A stretch of DNA of 64,000 nucleotides, from positions 544,001 through 608,000 of the forward strand of contig CATQHZ020000001.1 of NCBI GenBank assembly GCA_958296135.2, in the 5' to 3' direction. This document shows, in pieces, positions 9,852 to 19,273 of this stretch (the first letter of the stretch is position 1; each line of letters begins with the position of its first letter). The notes under the pieces are model-generated. The model was given only the letters and a program-made list of their open reading frames with translations, was not told where the DNA came from and ran no database searches. The translations under genes and the position numbers were made by a program. Origin of the DNA: an uncultured Poribacteria bacterium. GTDB lineage: Bacteria > Poribacteria > WGA-4E > WGA-3G.

Positions 9852-12362
9852 CTATTTCCGAATGAGCATTTTCCGCGTCGCCGTGAAATCGCCCGCGGTG
9901 AGCGTATAGAAATAGATGCCACTTGCAACGGGTTCACCCAGTTCGTTTTTCCCGTCCCAATACGCTGCACGACTTCGCTCTTCGTACCGCCCGGATGCCT
10001 GCTGCCCTAATGCTAACGTCCGCACCAAAGTGCCGTCAACAGCATAGAGCTTCACCGTCACCTGCGTCGGTTCAGAAAGGTGATAAGGTATCCATGTCTC
10101 CGGATTGAACGGATTCGGATAATTCGGTAGCAATGCTGTCTGTGCTGGGCGCAGCTGGGATAAAAGCCGTTGGAGGTTGGCTATGCCTTGGTGGAACGCA
10201 ACGGAGCCGTTGTGTGCTGCCTGCGCTTGTGCTATCCATACTTCAAGCACGGCAGGCGTAACGCCCGACGGTGCGGCGGCACCGGCTATTGCGTCAATAC
10301 TTTCTGCGACAAGGCTCAGGTCTGCTTCGCTCACCTTTCCATCACGGTTGATGTCGGTTCTCGGGTCGATGAGTTTGTTGTTGCCTAAGTCGCGTGCTAC
10401 CAGGATCAGATCTAGAATGCTCACTTTTCCATCTGCATTGATATCCGCCACAAGCGGCGGCCTTTGCACAATAATAGGGCGGCTCTGGGGTGGCAGCACC
10501 GTCCAGGCCGTGCCGCCCTCAAACCCAAAAAAGCCGCTCCACCAGCCTCTATTTTCGTAAACTGCAACCAACAAGACGTTTGTTCCCTCCCGCAAGGTAA
10601 CGGAGACATTCTCTTGGTAACCTTCAACGGTGCTTTCTGCAGGGTTGTCGTGAACCAATTGTCCGTTGAGCCAGACCTTGGCAGCATCATCGCTTCCGAC
10701 AAACAACTGAGTTTGCTGCGTGCGCGGTGCATCCAAGGTTACGGAACCGTATGCGACATGAAAATCGATATTGTCTTTTCCGAGTCCGATAGTGTTCACC
10801 ATCTGATTGATGTTATTGCCGCCTTTGGGTGCCAATTTTCCGATTGTCCAGACTTTATCCCCAACGGGTTCTGCCGCTATAGCTCCCTCGGTTGCAATCT
10901 GTGGTTCGGTTACCGCGCCGCCGCTCAGGCGGGAGAGAAAATCGATGTTGGAAGCAGCGGCATCTGCGGCTGACATGCCCCCTGTGGGTGCGATAACCCA
11001 CAGCCAAGGCCCTGCGATGTGCTTCGGCGCGGTGCGTGTGGCGCCGGGGTTATCGTGCCGAACGATAGTGACACTTTGCGGGAGGGCATGCAACGGCGAA
11101 AAGTCCACTATCGCATTGTCCTCCAGATTGATCGATTGCAAATTGGGCAAGGATGCAAGCGGTGAGACATCCGACACCTCGTTATGCTTCAGACTCAGGT
11201 GTGTCAACCCAGTTAAACTCGCCAACGGCGAGATATCCGATATTTCGTTGTCAACAAGATAGAGCTCGCTCAAGCCGGTGAGTCCCTCCAAGGGTGCGAG
11301 GTCCGATATCCCGCCGCCACAGATATCTAACTCTCTTAGCTGGGGTAAGTCGGCGAAACCGGTGAGGCTATATATCGGCGTGCCCCAGGAGTGAAACCGT
11401 TCCAAGCGGTTCAAGCCAGCCAATGGTGCTGAGTCGAATCCCACGTTTTCGCTGATCCACACCCCTCTCAGGTTTTTGAGATTCGCGAGCGGTGTGATGT
11501 CGGATATCACGTTATTGCTGAGCCCTACTCCCTGCAACTTGGTTAAACTAGCGAGCGGTGTGATGTCGGATATCACATTTCCCTCCAACCCTAAGTGCCA
11601 CAATCCGGTTAAACTGGCGAGTGGTGTGATGTCCGATAGCGCGTTACTGCGCAAATCTAAATATCCCAATTCGGTTAATCCGGCGAGTGGCGTGATGTCC
11701 GATATCGTATTGTCATCAAGCCTCAGTTCTACCAAACCGCTCAGCCCGGCGAGCGGCGCGACATCCGCTATCTCGCAGTTGTCCAAATCTAACCGTTGCA
11801 GGTGGCTCATCCCTGAAATCGGTGTCAAGTCGGACACCGGATTGCCGCTAATGCCTACTGCATCCAACTTGCCGATGCTGGCGATGGGCGTTAAGTCGGT
11901 AATCTTGTTCTCCTCCAGTCCGAGCCATTCAACGTTGGCAAGTTGTGCGAGCGGCGTGATGTCAGATATTTCGTTGCCGCGCAACTTGATGTTATCTAAG
12001 GCGACGAGCCCGGCGAGCGGCGCAAGGTTGGATATTGCGTTGCGGCGCAGCTCCAGTTGTTCCAGATTGACAGCGAACTCTAAACCTGTCAGGTTGCGAA
12101 TCTTCCTGCCATCGGCGTGAAAACGGTGCAGCGTCGCCATTTCCTCGCGCGTGATTTGCGCGCCTTCCGCTTTACCGAGGCGTGCCGCCAAGGCGGCGCG
12201 GAGATTCGCATCGGGGATGTTCACGACTTGCGCGGTGACGTGCGGCGGAAATATCAGGAGCACCGTCGCGCAGCAGAGGAGTGTGCAAAAGAAAATGCGT
12301 GAGTAGGAGCCCCATTCCTTTAAAACGCCGGTGCAATGTTTATAGCGTTTCGGCTGTTTCAT
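9852..12362 (-). CDS. Secreted internalin-like LRR protein with PA14-like, dockerin and FlgD/T9SS-like C-terminal domains
   Basis: Many 22-aa LRRs (NxISDITPLAxLT), GSDDAAKVWLNG, DINADG/DINRDG, LLPNYPNPFNPETWIPY. Confidence 0.9.
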   Translation of the reverse strand: MKQPKRYKHCTGVLKEWGSYSRIFFCTLLCCATVLLIFPPHVTAQVVNIPDANLRAALAARLGKAEGAQITREEMATLHRFHADGRKIRNLTGLEFAVNLEQLELRRNAISNLAPLAGLVALDNIKLRGNEISDITPLAQLANVEWLGLEENKITDLTPIASIGKLDAVGISGNPVSDLTPISGMSHLQRLDLDNCEIADVAPLAGLSGLVELRLDDNTISDITPLAGLTELGYLDLRSNALSDITPLASLTGLWHLGLEGNVISDITPLASLTKLQGVGLSNNVISDITPLANLKNLRGVWISENVGFDSAPLAGLNRLERFHSWGTPIYSLTGFADLPQLRELDICGGGISDLAPLEGLTGLSELYLVDNEISDISPLASLTGLTHLSLKHNEVSDVSPLASLPNLQSINLEDNAIVDFSPLHALPQSVTIVRHDNPGATRTAPKHIAGPWLWVIAPTGGMSAADAAASNIDFLSRLSGGAVTEPQIATEGAIAAEPVGDKVWTIGKLAPKGGNNINQMVNTIGLGKDNIDFHVAYGSVTLDAPRTQQTQLFVGSDDAAKVWLNGQLVHDNPAESTVEGYQENVSVTLREGTNVLLVAVYENRGWWSGFFGFEGGTAWTVLPPQSRPIIVQRPPLVADINADGKVSILDLILVARDLGNNKLIDPRTDINRDGKVSEADLSLVAESIDAIAGAAAPSGVTPAVLEVWIAQAQAAHNGSVAFHQGIANLQRLLSQLRPAQTALLPNYPNPFNPETWIPYHLSEPTQVTVKLYAVDGTLVRTLALGQQASGRYEERSRAAYWDGKNELGEPVASGIYFYTLTAGDFTATRKMLIRK

Positions 12363-12483
12363 TTAGTTTAATCTCCTGTTTTGTTAAGCCATGCCTACTG
12401 TTCTGCCCTGGCACGGCGAGGGACAGGTTTCCCTCGCCCTACGGGTGTGAGTGTTCAGTGGGAGAAGAGTCAATATGAGGTTC

Positions 12484-12512
12484 ATTTTACACAATTTGTG
12501 TGTAAATGTCAA
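12484..12512 (-). promoter_or_regulatory. Sigma70 promoter for the LRR genes with an operator-like palindrome
   Basis: Minus strand reads TTGACA-17 nt-TAAAAT; TTTACACA-n5-TGTGTAAA inverted repeat at 12486-12506. Confidence 0.7.
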
Positions 12513-12713
12513 GTTTTTATCAGAAGGAATGTGGTTTCCCCGCAGCCGTATTCTCTGTTTAACGGCAGGATGACCAGCTCTTGGAACATATACGTAGCCT
12601 CGCCAGTGAACAAGCCGAGGAGGGCCCACACAGTTCCGATCAACTGCGATGGCATTCTTCGGTTCCAATCGGGAAATTATACCAAATTAACTTTGATATT
12701 AGGGATTTGTGTT

Positions 12714-13214
12714 CTATAGGAATTTTTCCAGATACACCGCGTCATAGAAGCACCCATCAAGTTTGACGTGCTTTTTGGCCACGCCGGTCTTCTCAAAACC
12801 GAGTTTGCGATAAAACCGAAGGGCACGTGCGTTATGCGCCAAGACCTGGATGGCGCACTTTTCGTAGCCGTTATCCCGCGCAAATGCGAAAGATGCCTCA
12901 GCGAGACGCTGCCCGATTTGATACCCGCGAAAGTCGGCATGGAGCCATGTCCCCACCGTGGCAACGTGCCGCATTGACTCCGTGTAGTCGGCTAACCCAT
13001 CGGGTTCAATCACCTGTATGCCGACAATACGATGCGCTACTTCGGCAACGAACATGGCACTGCGCGCGCCTAATCCAGCGATGAACGCGCGCTCCTCTGC
13101 TTCCGTGAACGGATTCGTTAACGCGGTCCATTTGCCTTCCAAGATAACGGCGTTCATCACGGCGACAACCGCCTCCGCGTCGTCTGGTGTGGCTTTTCTG
13201 ATTAAGGCATTCAT
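12714..13214 (-). CDS. GNAT-family N-acetyltransferase
   Basis: IRKATPDD, FRGYQIG acetyl-CoA motif, NARALRFYRKLGF; start overlaps the upstream stop (ATGA). Confidence 0.9.
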   Translation of the reverse strand: MNALIRKATPDDAEAVVAVMNAVILEGKWTALTNPFTEAEERAFIAGLGARSAMFVAEVAHRIVGIQVIEPDGLADYTESMRHVATVGTWLHADFRGYQIGQRLAEASFAFARDNGYEKCAIQVLAHNARALRFYRKLGFEKTGVAKKHVKLDGCFYDAVYLEKFL

Positions 13215-13957
13215 CTCGTTTTGAGTCGTCCCCATGTTGTTGCGACTTTGCCGGTAGGTTCGACAGGCAGCTGTATGCCGTTCTTCATATCGCGTAGAAT
13301 CTCATCGGCAGAAAGCGCGACGCTCAGAATCTGAAGTTCATCGATGAAGCCGTCGATGCCGTTTCCGATGCGAAGCGGTGCGTCGTTGGTTTCAGGGTTT
13401 TTGTTAAAATCGCCTGCGCCCTCCTGCTTGCCATCAATGTAGAGTTTCAACGCGTTTTTATCATAAGTGAGCGCGACGTGATGCCACTTTTCGTCAACGA
13501 CGTTAGTTGCGCTCTCCAATTCGACGGCATCGGTATTCCCGCCGCTGGCAAAAATGCCGTAAACCTTGCCGCCCCACATTTTCACGGTGTAGTTGCGCGT
13601 AGCCCGGTCATCGCCGACTTGCTTGTAGGCGATGTTTTGTTCGCCGCCGCCTGTATCGCTGACGAATTTTACCCACGCAGCCACGGTGAAGGTTTCGAGG
13701 TTTAGCGTATCGGTATGCGCAACCTCCAAGTAGGTGCCGGGCTTGAAACCGACGGCTTTTCCGATTTTTCCTGCATCCCACGCGAGTTTCCCGCCGCCGA
13801 CTGTCGCGGTATGTCCGTGACCGGAACTATCCGCTGCTTCGTCGCCTTGTCCCTCATCGAAGAGCCAGATGCCGACAGCATCGGGGTGCTGCGCGTCACT
13901 CAACGCACCTATCGCGAAGAGGGCGAGTATCATTATCAAACGTAAATTGGATTTCAC
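13211..13957 (-). CDS. Secreted LamG/concanavalin-like domain protein
   Basis: WLFDEG, FTVAAWV, WHHVALTYD, LYIDG, GFIDEL; tail VEPTGKVATTWGRLK. Confidence 0.9.
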   Translation of the reverse strand: MKSNLRLIMILALFAIGALSDAQHPDAVGIWLFDEGQGDEAADSSGHGHTATVGGGKLAWDAGKIGKAVGFKPGTYLEVAHTDTLNLETFTVAAWVKFVSDTGGGEQNIAYKQVGDDRATRNYTVKMWGGKVYGIFASGGNTDAVELESATNVVDEKWHHVALTYDKNALKLYIDGKQEGAGDFNKNPETNDAPLRIGNGIDGFIDELQILSVALSADEILRDMKNGIQLPVEPTGKVATTWGRLKTR

Positions 13958-13980
13958 AAAAGACCTCCTAAAATAATTAG

Positions 13981-14289
13981 TTTTTTTCGCGTGTAATCAT
14001 CGCGAGGGACAGGTTTTCCCTCGCGCTACGGGCAGACAAGCCGCCTAAACCTCGCGAAATAATTAGTTCTTCTCGCGTGTGAGCATGGCGCGGCACAGGA
14101 CCGCGCCCTACGGGCACGCGAACTGATTTTAGGTTATTTTTCTCGCGTGTAATCATCGCGAGGGACAGGTTTTCCCTCGCGCTACGGGCAGACAAGCCGC
14201 CTAAACCTCGCGAAATAATTAGTTCTTCTCGCGTGTGAGCATGGCGAGGCACAGGACCGCGCCCTACGGGCACGCGAACTGATTTTAGG
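13981..14289. repeat. Tandem 156-bp duplication, two REP palindromes per unit (BIME-like)
   Basis: gtgtaatcatcgcgagggacagg begins at 13991 and 14147; units are near identical. Confidence 0.9.
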
Positions 14290-15148
14290 AATAGCCGCCG
14301 AGACCTAACAGCATCCGTTCCTCGAGGTCTGCCTTTTTGAGGAAGTCGTGCGTTAAGCCGTCTGCTGGTTGCTCCCCGCCGTGCGGCGATTTGCGGAGCC
14401 ACGTCGGCGTGTAACTCAAAATTAACATTCTGCGCTTGGCTTTCAACGTCGGCATCCCACGATGCCAGAGATTGCCGTGAATCAAGACTGCGCCGCCTGC
14501 CTTGACAGCCACCTCCACCTCGCCTTCGATCGGTTCGTAGGTATCCGGCACCGCCCTGTCTAGCCAATTGTGCGACCCGGGGACGACAGCCACCGTGCCG
14601 GTGTCCGCGCCCAGGTCATCAAGGTAGATGAGGCAGTCGATGCAGTGCGGTTGCGAAAACCACGGGGGTATCGGGTTTGAAATCACCCGCAGATGTTGAT
14701 GCCACGGAGTTTGCTGTTGCCTATTTTCGCCTGGGTAAGTGATACGCGCGCTCAGCCCGCGTAGGCGCACCAGCGGTCCCATCATCGCCCGCGCAATGGA
14801 TAACGTTGGCTGGAATTTCAAGAGTGCCAGAAACCCCGGGTCTTTGTCCATTAAGTGGCGCGGAATGAACCCCCATCCCCGTTTGCTGGAGAGGGCGTTG
14901 TCGCGTTTTTCCCATTCGCGTTCCTCCAAACGTTCCAGCGCGTCGCGCAGCTTTTGGAGTGCCTCGCCTTGGAAGAGCCCTTCGCGAATGAGATACCCGT
15001 TCTCGGCGAACGCCTGCAACTCTTCCGGCGTGGCATGCACCTCTACGTCCCAGTGCCGTCCCGTTTCGCCGTTCGGATTGTGGGAGTTCAGGACTTCATA
15101 ATGAATTGTATGTCGATGCATCTTTTTCCTTTCTGGGTTGCGCTTCAT
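14285..15148 (-). CDS. PhyH-family dioxygenase with an H-x-H variant metal motif
   Basis: FAENGY, WHQH, LIYLDD, VVPGSH, LWHRG..R. Start may be 15121. Confidence 0.8.
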   Translation of the reverse strand: MKRNPERKKMHRHTIHYEVLNSHNPNGETGRHWDVEVHATPEELQAFAENGYLIREGLFQGEALQKLRDALERLEEREWEKRDNALSSKRGWGFIPRHLMDKDPGFLALLKFQPTLSIARAMMGPLVRLRGLSARITYPGENRQQQTPWHQHLRVISNPIPPWFSQPHCIDCLIYLDDLGADTGTVAVVPGSHNWLDRAVPDTYEPIEGEVEVAVKAGGAVLIHGNLWHRGMPTLKAKRRMLILSYTPTWLRKSPHGGEQPADGLTHDFLKKADLEERMLLGLGGYS

Positions 15149-15151
15149 GAA

Positions 15152-15306
15152 GTAGGAGAGACCTCCCGGTCTCGATTTTCAACATATCGGGACAGGGATG
15201 TCCCTCCTACCGAAGATATCGGGACAAGGATGTCCCTCCTACGGAAGACATCGGGACAGGGATGTCCCTCCTTCGGAAGACATCGGGACAGGGATGTCCC
15301 TCCTAC
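15152..15306. repeat. REP cluster: one forward REP plus four tandem 32-bp inverted REPs
   Basis: atcgggacagggatgtccctcctac units at 15186, 15218, 15250, 15282; gtaggagagacctccc at 15152. Confidence 0.9.
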
Positions 15307-16088
15307 GGCAAATATTCACCCGGTATGCGCGACATCGGGTAGTTTGCATCGGCATCCCGATTGGCGACGGGCCCGGGAATCTCGTTATCCCAATAGTCGG
15401 GGACGGTATTCGGGCGGCTGTGCCATGCGAGGATCAAGGTGCGGCGCACATCGGTATAGTTTTTGTAAGCGGAGTGCAAGATACGCGCGTCCGCCAGCAC
15501 GAGAGAACCCGCCTTCACACAGACATCCACCTGGTCTGGATGATTGCTGAACATGACGGGGTGGTTTTCTTCAATAAACCGCGCCCCCTGTTCATGCGCC
15601 GGTACTAAGATGTCGTGCAAATCGATGCGCTTGCGATGCGAGCCGGGGATCACCTTGAGACAGCCGTTTTCCGCTGTTGTATCGGTGAGATAGTAGTTGA
15701 GAAAGATGGTTTGCGGCCAGGGGGCGCAGCTGAGCGGGTCATTCCAGCGCATCCAGTCTTGGTGCCAGTAGAGTGCTGGTGCGCCCGGGTCTTTCGTCAA
15801 GATGATAATTCCGCCGGCTGTTGTGAAATCCCCGAATCCGATTTGTTCGAGTGCGTCGCGCGAGGGTTGCCATTCCAGCAATTTCTGGATGTGCGGGTTA
15901 TCTTCGCCGCGGACGTTGACGTGCTGTCCTTGATAAATCACATCGTCGGGTTGCACGTGTCCATCGATGAGGCGTTCGGATTCGTCGCGGAGTTCCTGCA
16001 AGAATTCCCCGGTCAAAATATCGTCAATCACGCAGTAGCCGTCGTGAAGCATTTGCTCCCGTTTTGCTAAGGCGATTTCAGGTGTCAT
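15303..16088 (-). CDS. PhyH-family dioxygenase
   Basis: WHQD, ENGCLKVIPGSH, GSLVLADARILH..N..R. Confidence 0.9.
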   Translation of the reverse strand: MTPEIALAKREQMLHDGYCVIDDILTGEFLQELRDESERLIDGHVQPDDVIYQGQHVNVRGEDNPHIQKLLEWQPSRDALEQIGFGDFTTAGGIIILTKDPGAPALYWHQDWMRWNDPLSCAPWPQTIFLNYYLTDTTAENGCLKVIPGSHRKRIDLHDILVPAHEQGARFIEENHPVMFSNHPDQVDVCVKAGSLVLADARILHSAYKNYTDVRRTLILAWHSRPNTVPDYWDNEIPGPVANRDADANYPMSRIPGEYLP

Positions 16089-16167
16089 TCGGATTGCTCC
16101 TTTTGGTTCTGAAATTGATGTTATTTTAGCATGAATTTGGATGAGAAAGCAAGTATTTTTTAAATTG

Positions 16168-16432
16168 CTCGCGGGGGCCAGGTCCCAGCACTACGGGATG
16201 GCGGAAACGTCCCTGCCACCGTAGGGCGAGGGCCTGTCCCTCGCCGTGCCTCGGTTTGAGTGCTCGCGGGGGACAGTGGACATCTCTGCAGCGGGGCTGC
16301 AGAGATGACAGCGTTTCGGCGTGACGGCCCTCGCGCTACGGTAAATGGAAGGTTTCTTGCGGCGGCTGATTGCTCGCGAGGGGAACCCTCGGCGATTCGC
16401 GCTCGCTGGGCCCTCGCGCTACGGTAAATGGA
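16168..16432. repeat. REP cluster including nested (loop-inserted) REP variants
   Basis: gtagggcgagggcctgtccctcgcc plus two REPs with different inserts, each followed by ggtaaatgga. Confidence 0.8.
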
Positions 16433-16453
16433 GGATTTTCGTCGCGTTCGTTG

Positions 16454-16483
16454 TTGACATTTATTCCGTTTCTATGCTATACT
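16454..16483 (+). promoter_or_regulatory. Sigma70 promoter
   Basis: TTGACA-18 nt-TATACT with extended -10 TG; AGGAGG RBS follows. Confidence 0.7.
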
Positions 16484-16505
16484 TTTCAAAAGGAGGTATA
16501 GCCTA

Positions 16506-17327
16506 ATGGAAACTACAGGAAAAACGGTAAACATTCCCACGCTTGACGTTTCATCGCAGGAACGCGCCGAAGAGAAACTGACACCCGAAAACGTCGCAGC
16601 AGCGGCGCGGCTTTTACGCGAAACAGGGCTCGTTGTCATTGAAAGCGTCCTCCCACGCGCCTGGATTGCTGAGCTGAACGTCGCGATGCAAACGGTGCTT
16701 GATAACGAAGGCAACGCACAAAATGGCGAGCATCCTATGCTAAAGCTGCCGTTCATGGACGCGCGCATTATTGATAACCCGTTCTCCATGCAGATTCTGC
16801 AAGCGGCGATGGGTGAGAAAATCTTCGCCTATCTGCCATACGGATGCAACACTACCGTCCCGGGCTGCGGCACGCAACACATCCATCGCGATTCAGGACA
16901 ACTCTTTCCGGCATTGCCGTTCGCGCTGCCCGTTTCGACGATTGTCGTGAATATCCCGCTTGTCGATTTTACGGTGGCAAATGGCGCGACAGAAGTTTGG
17001 CCGGGCACGCATCTCATCGTTGATGACGCTGCAGTGCGGAATACGCCGTATCACGTCTGCACAGAGGAACGCGCGGCGACACTGCCCTCGTTTCAATTGG
17101 AGATGCCGGCTGGCTCAGTTGTGGTTCGGGATATGCGGTGTTGGCATCGCGCTATGCCGAATCGGACACAGACTATCCGACACATGCTCGCGCTCGTCTA
17201 CTTTCGCCGGTTTCATCATCTCCCCGATGCGCCGAATATCTTTAAGCCGCAAGTTTCTGAAGAGATATGGGCGAACCTGTCTGAAGAAACGCAGGAGATG
17301 TATCGGTTTCAAGCACATATTAGCTGA
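16506..17327 (+). CDS. PhyH-family dioxygenase
   Basis: HRD, NIPLVDFTVANGATEVWPGTH, WHRAMPN..R. Confidence 0.9.
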   Translation: METTGKTVNIPTLDVSSQERAEEKLTPENVAAAARLLRETGLVVIESVLPRAWIAELNVAMQTVLDNEGNAQNGEHPMLKLPFMDARIIDNPFSMQILQAAMGEKIFAYLPYGCNTTVPGCGTQHIHRDSGQLFPALPFALPVSTIVVNIPLVDFTVANGATEVWPGTHLIVDDAAVRNTPYHVCTEERAATLPSFQLEMPAGSVVVRDMRCWHRAMPNRTQTIRHMLALVYFRRFHHLPDAPNIFKPQVSEEIWANLSEETQEMYRFQAHIS

Positions 17328-17335
17328 GGAACACT

Positions 17336-18223
17336 ATGAAACGTACACTGCTCATTCATCCCGAGCTGCCGGCACTTGAACGGGAGCACGGTTTCTCTAA
17401 TATCAACGGCCCCTCGCTGGTTCGCGTGCCAGAGTGGGTGGAGAACCCGTTGGGCAAATACTATCTCTACTTCGCGCACCACCGTGGTGCCTACATCCGT
17501 TTGGCTTATGCCGATGCCATTGAGGGCCCCTATACCGTCTATCGCCCCGGCGCGTTGCATCGAGACGCTACTGTCTTCCAAGGGCGGGACCACGTTGCGT
17601 CGCCGGATGTTCACATCGACGCTGCAAATCGCCGATTCTTTATGTATTTCCACGGAACTTACGGCGGTGGGCAAGCGAGCAGCTGGGCAACGTCTACCGA
17701 CGGTGTGCATTACACCGCCGCATCGAAGTTGGAGAAAGGAAACGGTGCCTATTTTCGTGTCTTTTGGTGGCATGGGCATCCGTATGCGACGCATCACGGT
17801 TGGTTAAGCCGCGCGAAAACGCCGGAATGGACAGCGGCGTTTGAGCAGCGAGATACGCCGCTCTTTCCGCGCATATCGGCGGGGGACAACACCGGCTTTC
17901 CGCGCCACACGGCGAATCACCTTGAGGGCGACACGCTCACCGTCTATTATTCGCGCTACGGCGATAGCCCGGAACGCATCCGAAAAAGCACGGTGCAACT
18001 GACCGGCGATTGGAACGATTGGCATCCATCGCCGCCGATTGAGGTGCTCGCGCCGAAACTTGATTTTGAGGGAGTCGATTTGCCAATTATGCCATCAACC
18101 GGTGGCCTGGACCGGGAGCGCGTGCATGAACTCCGCGACCCGGCCATTTATTGCGAAGGTGATGAGACGTGGCTGCTCTATTCGGTTGCCGGTGAACAGG
18201 GCCTCGCGATAACGCGTTTGTAG
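17336..18223 (+). CDS. Five-bladed beta-propeller glycoside-hydrolase-like protein
   Basis: NINGPS, YYLYFAHH, HVASPDV, LRDPAI, WLLYS. Confidence 0.65.
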   Translation: MKRTLLIHPELPALEREHGFSNINGPSLVRVPEWVENPLGKYYLYFAHHRGAYIRLAYADAIEGPYTVYRPGALHRDATVFQGRDHVASPDVHIDAANRRFFMYFHGTYGGGQASSWATSTDGVHYTAASKLEKGNGAYFRVFWWHGHPYATHHGWLSRAKTPEWTAAFEQRDTPLFPRISAGDNTGFPRHTANHLEGDTLTVYYSRYGDSPERIRKSTVQLTGDWNDWHPSPPIEVLAPKLDFEGVDLPIMPSTGGLDRERVHELRDPAIYCEGDETWLLYSVAGEQGLAITRL

Positions 18224-18237
18224 GTGCGCGGCTGTCT

Positions 18238-18423
18238 CTAGGAACGTTTCTCGAGCAGTCTACCGACGAAAAAGATTAAGACACCTAGCGTCAAGAAGCC
18301 TATTTCAACGCCCATCGCCAGATCATCGCTATATCCGAAGGGATTGGCACAGCCGAGATAGAGCCCCGCGCCCAAACACGCGATGCCCATTAGTTCTAAC
18401 GTTTTTCCGATGTAGTAAGACAT
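18238..18423 (-). CDS. Small two-TM membrane protein
   Basis: 61-aa ORF MSYYIGKTLELMG... with two hydrophobic helices; GGAG RBS. Confidence 0.65.
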   Translation of the reverse strand: MSYYIGKTLELMGIACLGAGLYLGCANPFGYSDDLAMGVEIGFLTLGVLIFFVGRLLEKRS

Positions 18424-18562
18424 ACGTCTCCAATCGTCTCGCGTCTGTAGGGAAACCAGTTCGCCTGATGTTTCAGTAATTAATCGGTTTCTTTCCGCAG
18501 CCGGTCTGTCTCCCCGTAGCGCGAGGGACAACCTGTCCCTCGCGGTAGGGGGATTTGTGGCC

Positions 18563-19273
18563 TTAGTAGAGGCTTTTGATGCGTCCCCACTGGATGAGTT
18601 TCTGTTGCGTATTCGGCTTGATTTCCGCCGTGAAAACCAGGTCTGGGAGCATGTTGTCATCCGCTGTGTAACCTGCGGGTGCCCATGTGATTCTGTTTTG
18701 CAAGCGGCCGTCATCAACGTCGTTATAGGTGATGCCGAATCCGAGCGTATTGCCTTTCTCGGCGAGAGCGTCAAGCCGGAAACTTAGCTCGCATGTCTGT
18801 CCATTGTTTCCCCACGCGATCCGCGTCAGTGGCGATTTCAGCGCGTGCGTCTCTCTGCCAATCGGGATTTCATAGCGGTAGAGCTCATCCCGGTATCCCG
18901 TGTGATGCGGGTCCAAGTAGAGCACAAGATGGTCTTCCCGGAGCAGCTTGGATTGATGCGTCTCAAGCGCGTCGTCTGCTATTTCAATGGCTATATAAAG
19001 GAACCCGCTCCGCCACACGGCTGCGAAGGTGCCTGTGAAATCATCGGATTCGGGCCACGGGTCGCCCGTTGTCAGCTCTTGTGTCAGTTTTCCGGTGTTT
19101 GCGTCTTCCCAGACCGGGTCATCGAGGTAGCCGTCCACGATGGGTGCGATGGGGACAAGTGCTGCGTTGTATTGGAAATTTTGAAGTTTTCCGCCGGTGA
19201 GATGTCCTAATGCGTATGGTATCGCCATCAGCAGAAAGAGTGCTGCCACAAACGTATGTTTTCTTGTGTGCAT
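18563..19273 (-). CDS. Secreted CBM9-like sugar-binding protein
   Basis: PIVDGYLDDPVW, LYIAIEIADD, GFGITYNDVD; tail QWGRIKSLY. Confidence 0.75.
   Translation of the reverse strand: MHTRKHTFVAALFLLMAIPYALGHLTGGKLQNFQYNAALVPIAPIVDGYLDDPVWEDANTGKLTQELTTGDPWPESDDFTGTFAAVWRSGFLYIAIEIADDALETHQSKLLREDHLVLYLDPHHTGYRDELYRYEIPIGRETHALKSPLTRIAWGNNGQTCELSFRLDALAEKGNTLGFGITYNDVDDGRLQNRITWAPAGYTADDNMLPDLVFTAEIKPNTQQKLIQWGRIKSLY

Noticed and set aside
7202-12120. Long antisense ORFs opposite the LRR genes (7202-8014, 11476-12120)
   Set aside because: Shadow frames of repetitive coding sequence with no independent motifs.
12510-12655. Short minus-strand ORF with a faint GNAT-like motif (ELVILPLNREYGCG)
   Set aside because: Under 50 aa, no RBS, similarity too weak to call.
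15186-15306. 32-bp repeats as a CRISPR array
   Set aside because: Units abut with no unique spacers, match dispersed REPs, and no cas genes are present.
4746-17327. Four PhyH genes as a biosynthetic cluster
   Set aside because: They are divergent, separately oriented and lack scaffold-building enzymes; family expansion is already known for this type of genome.
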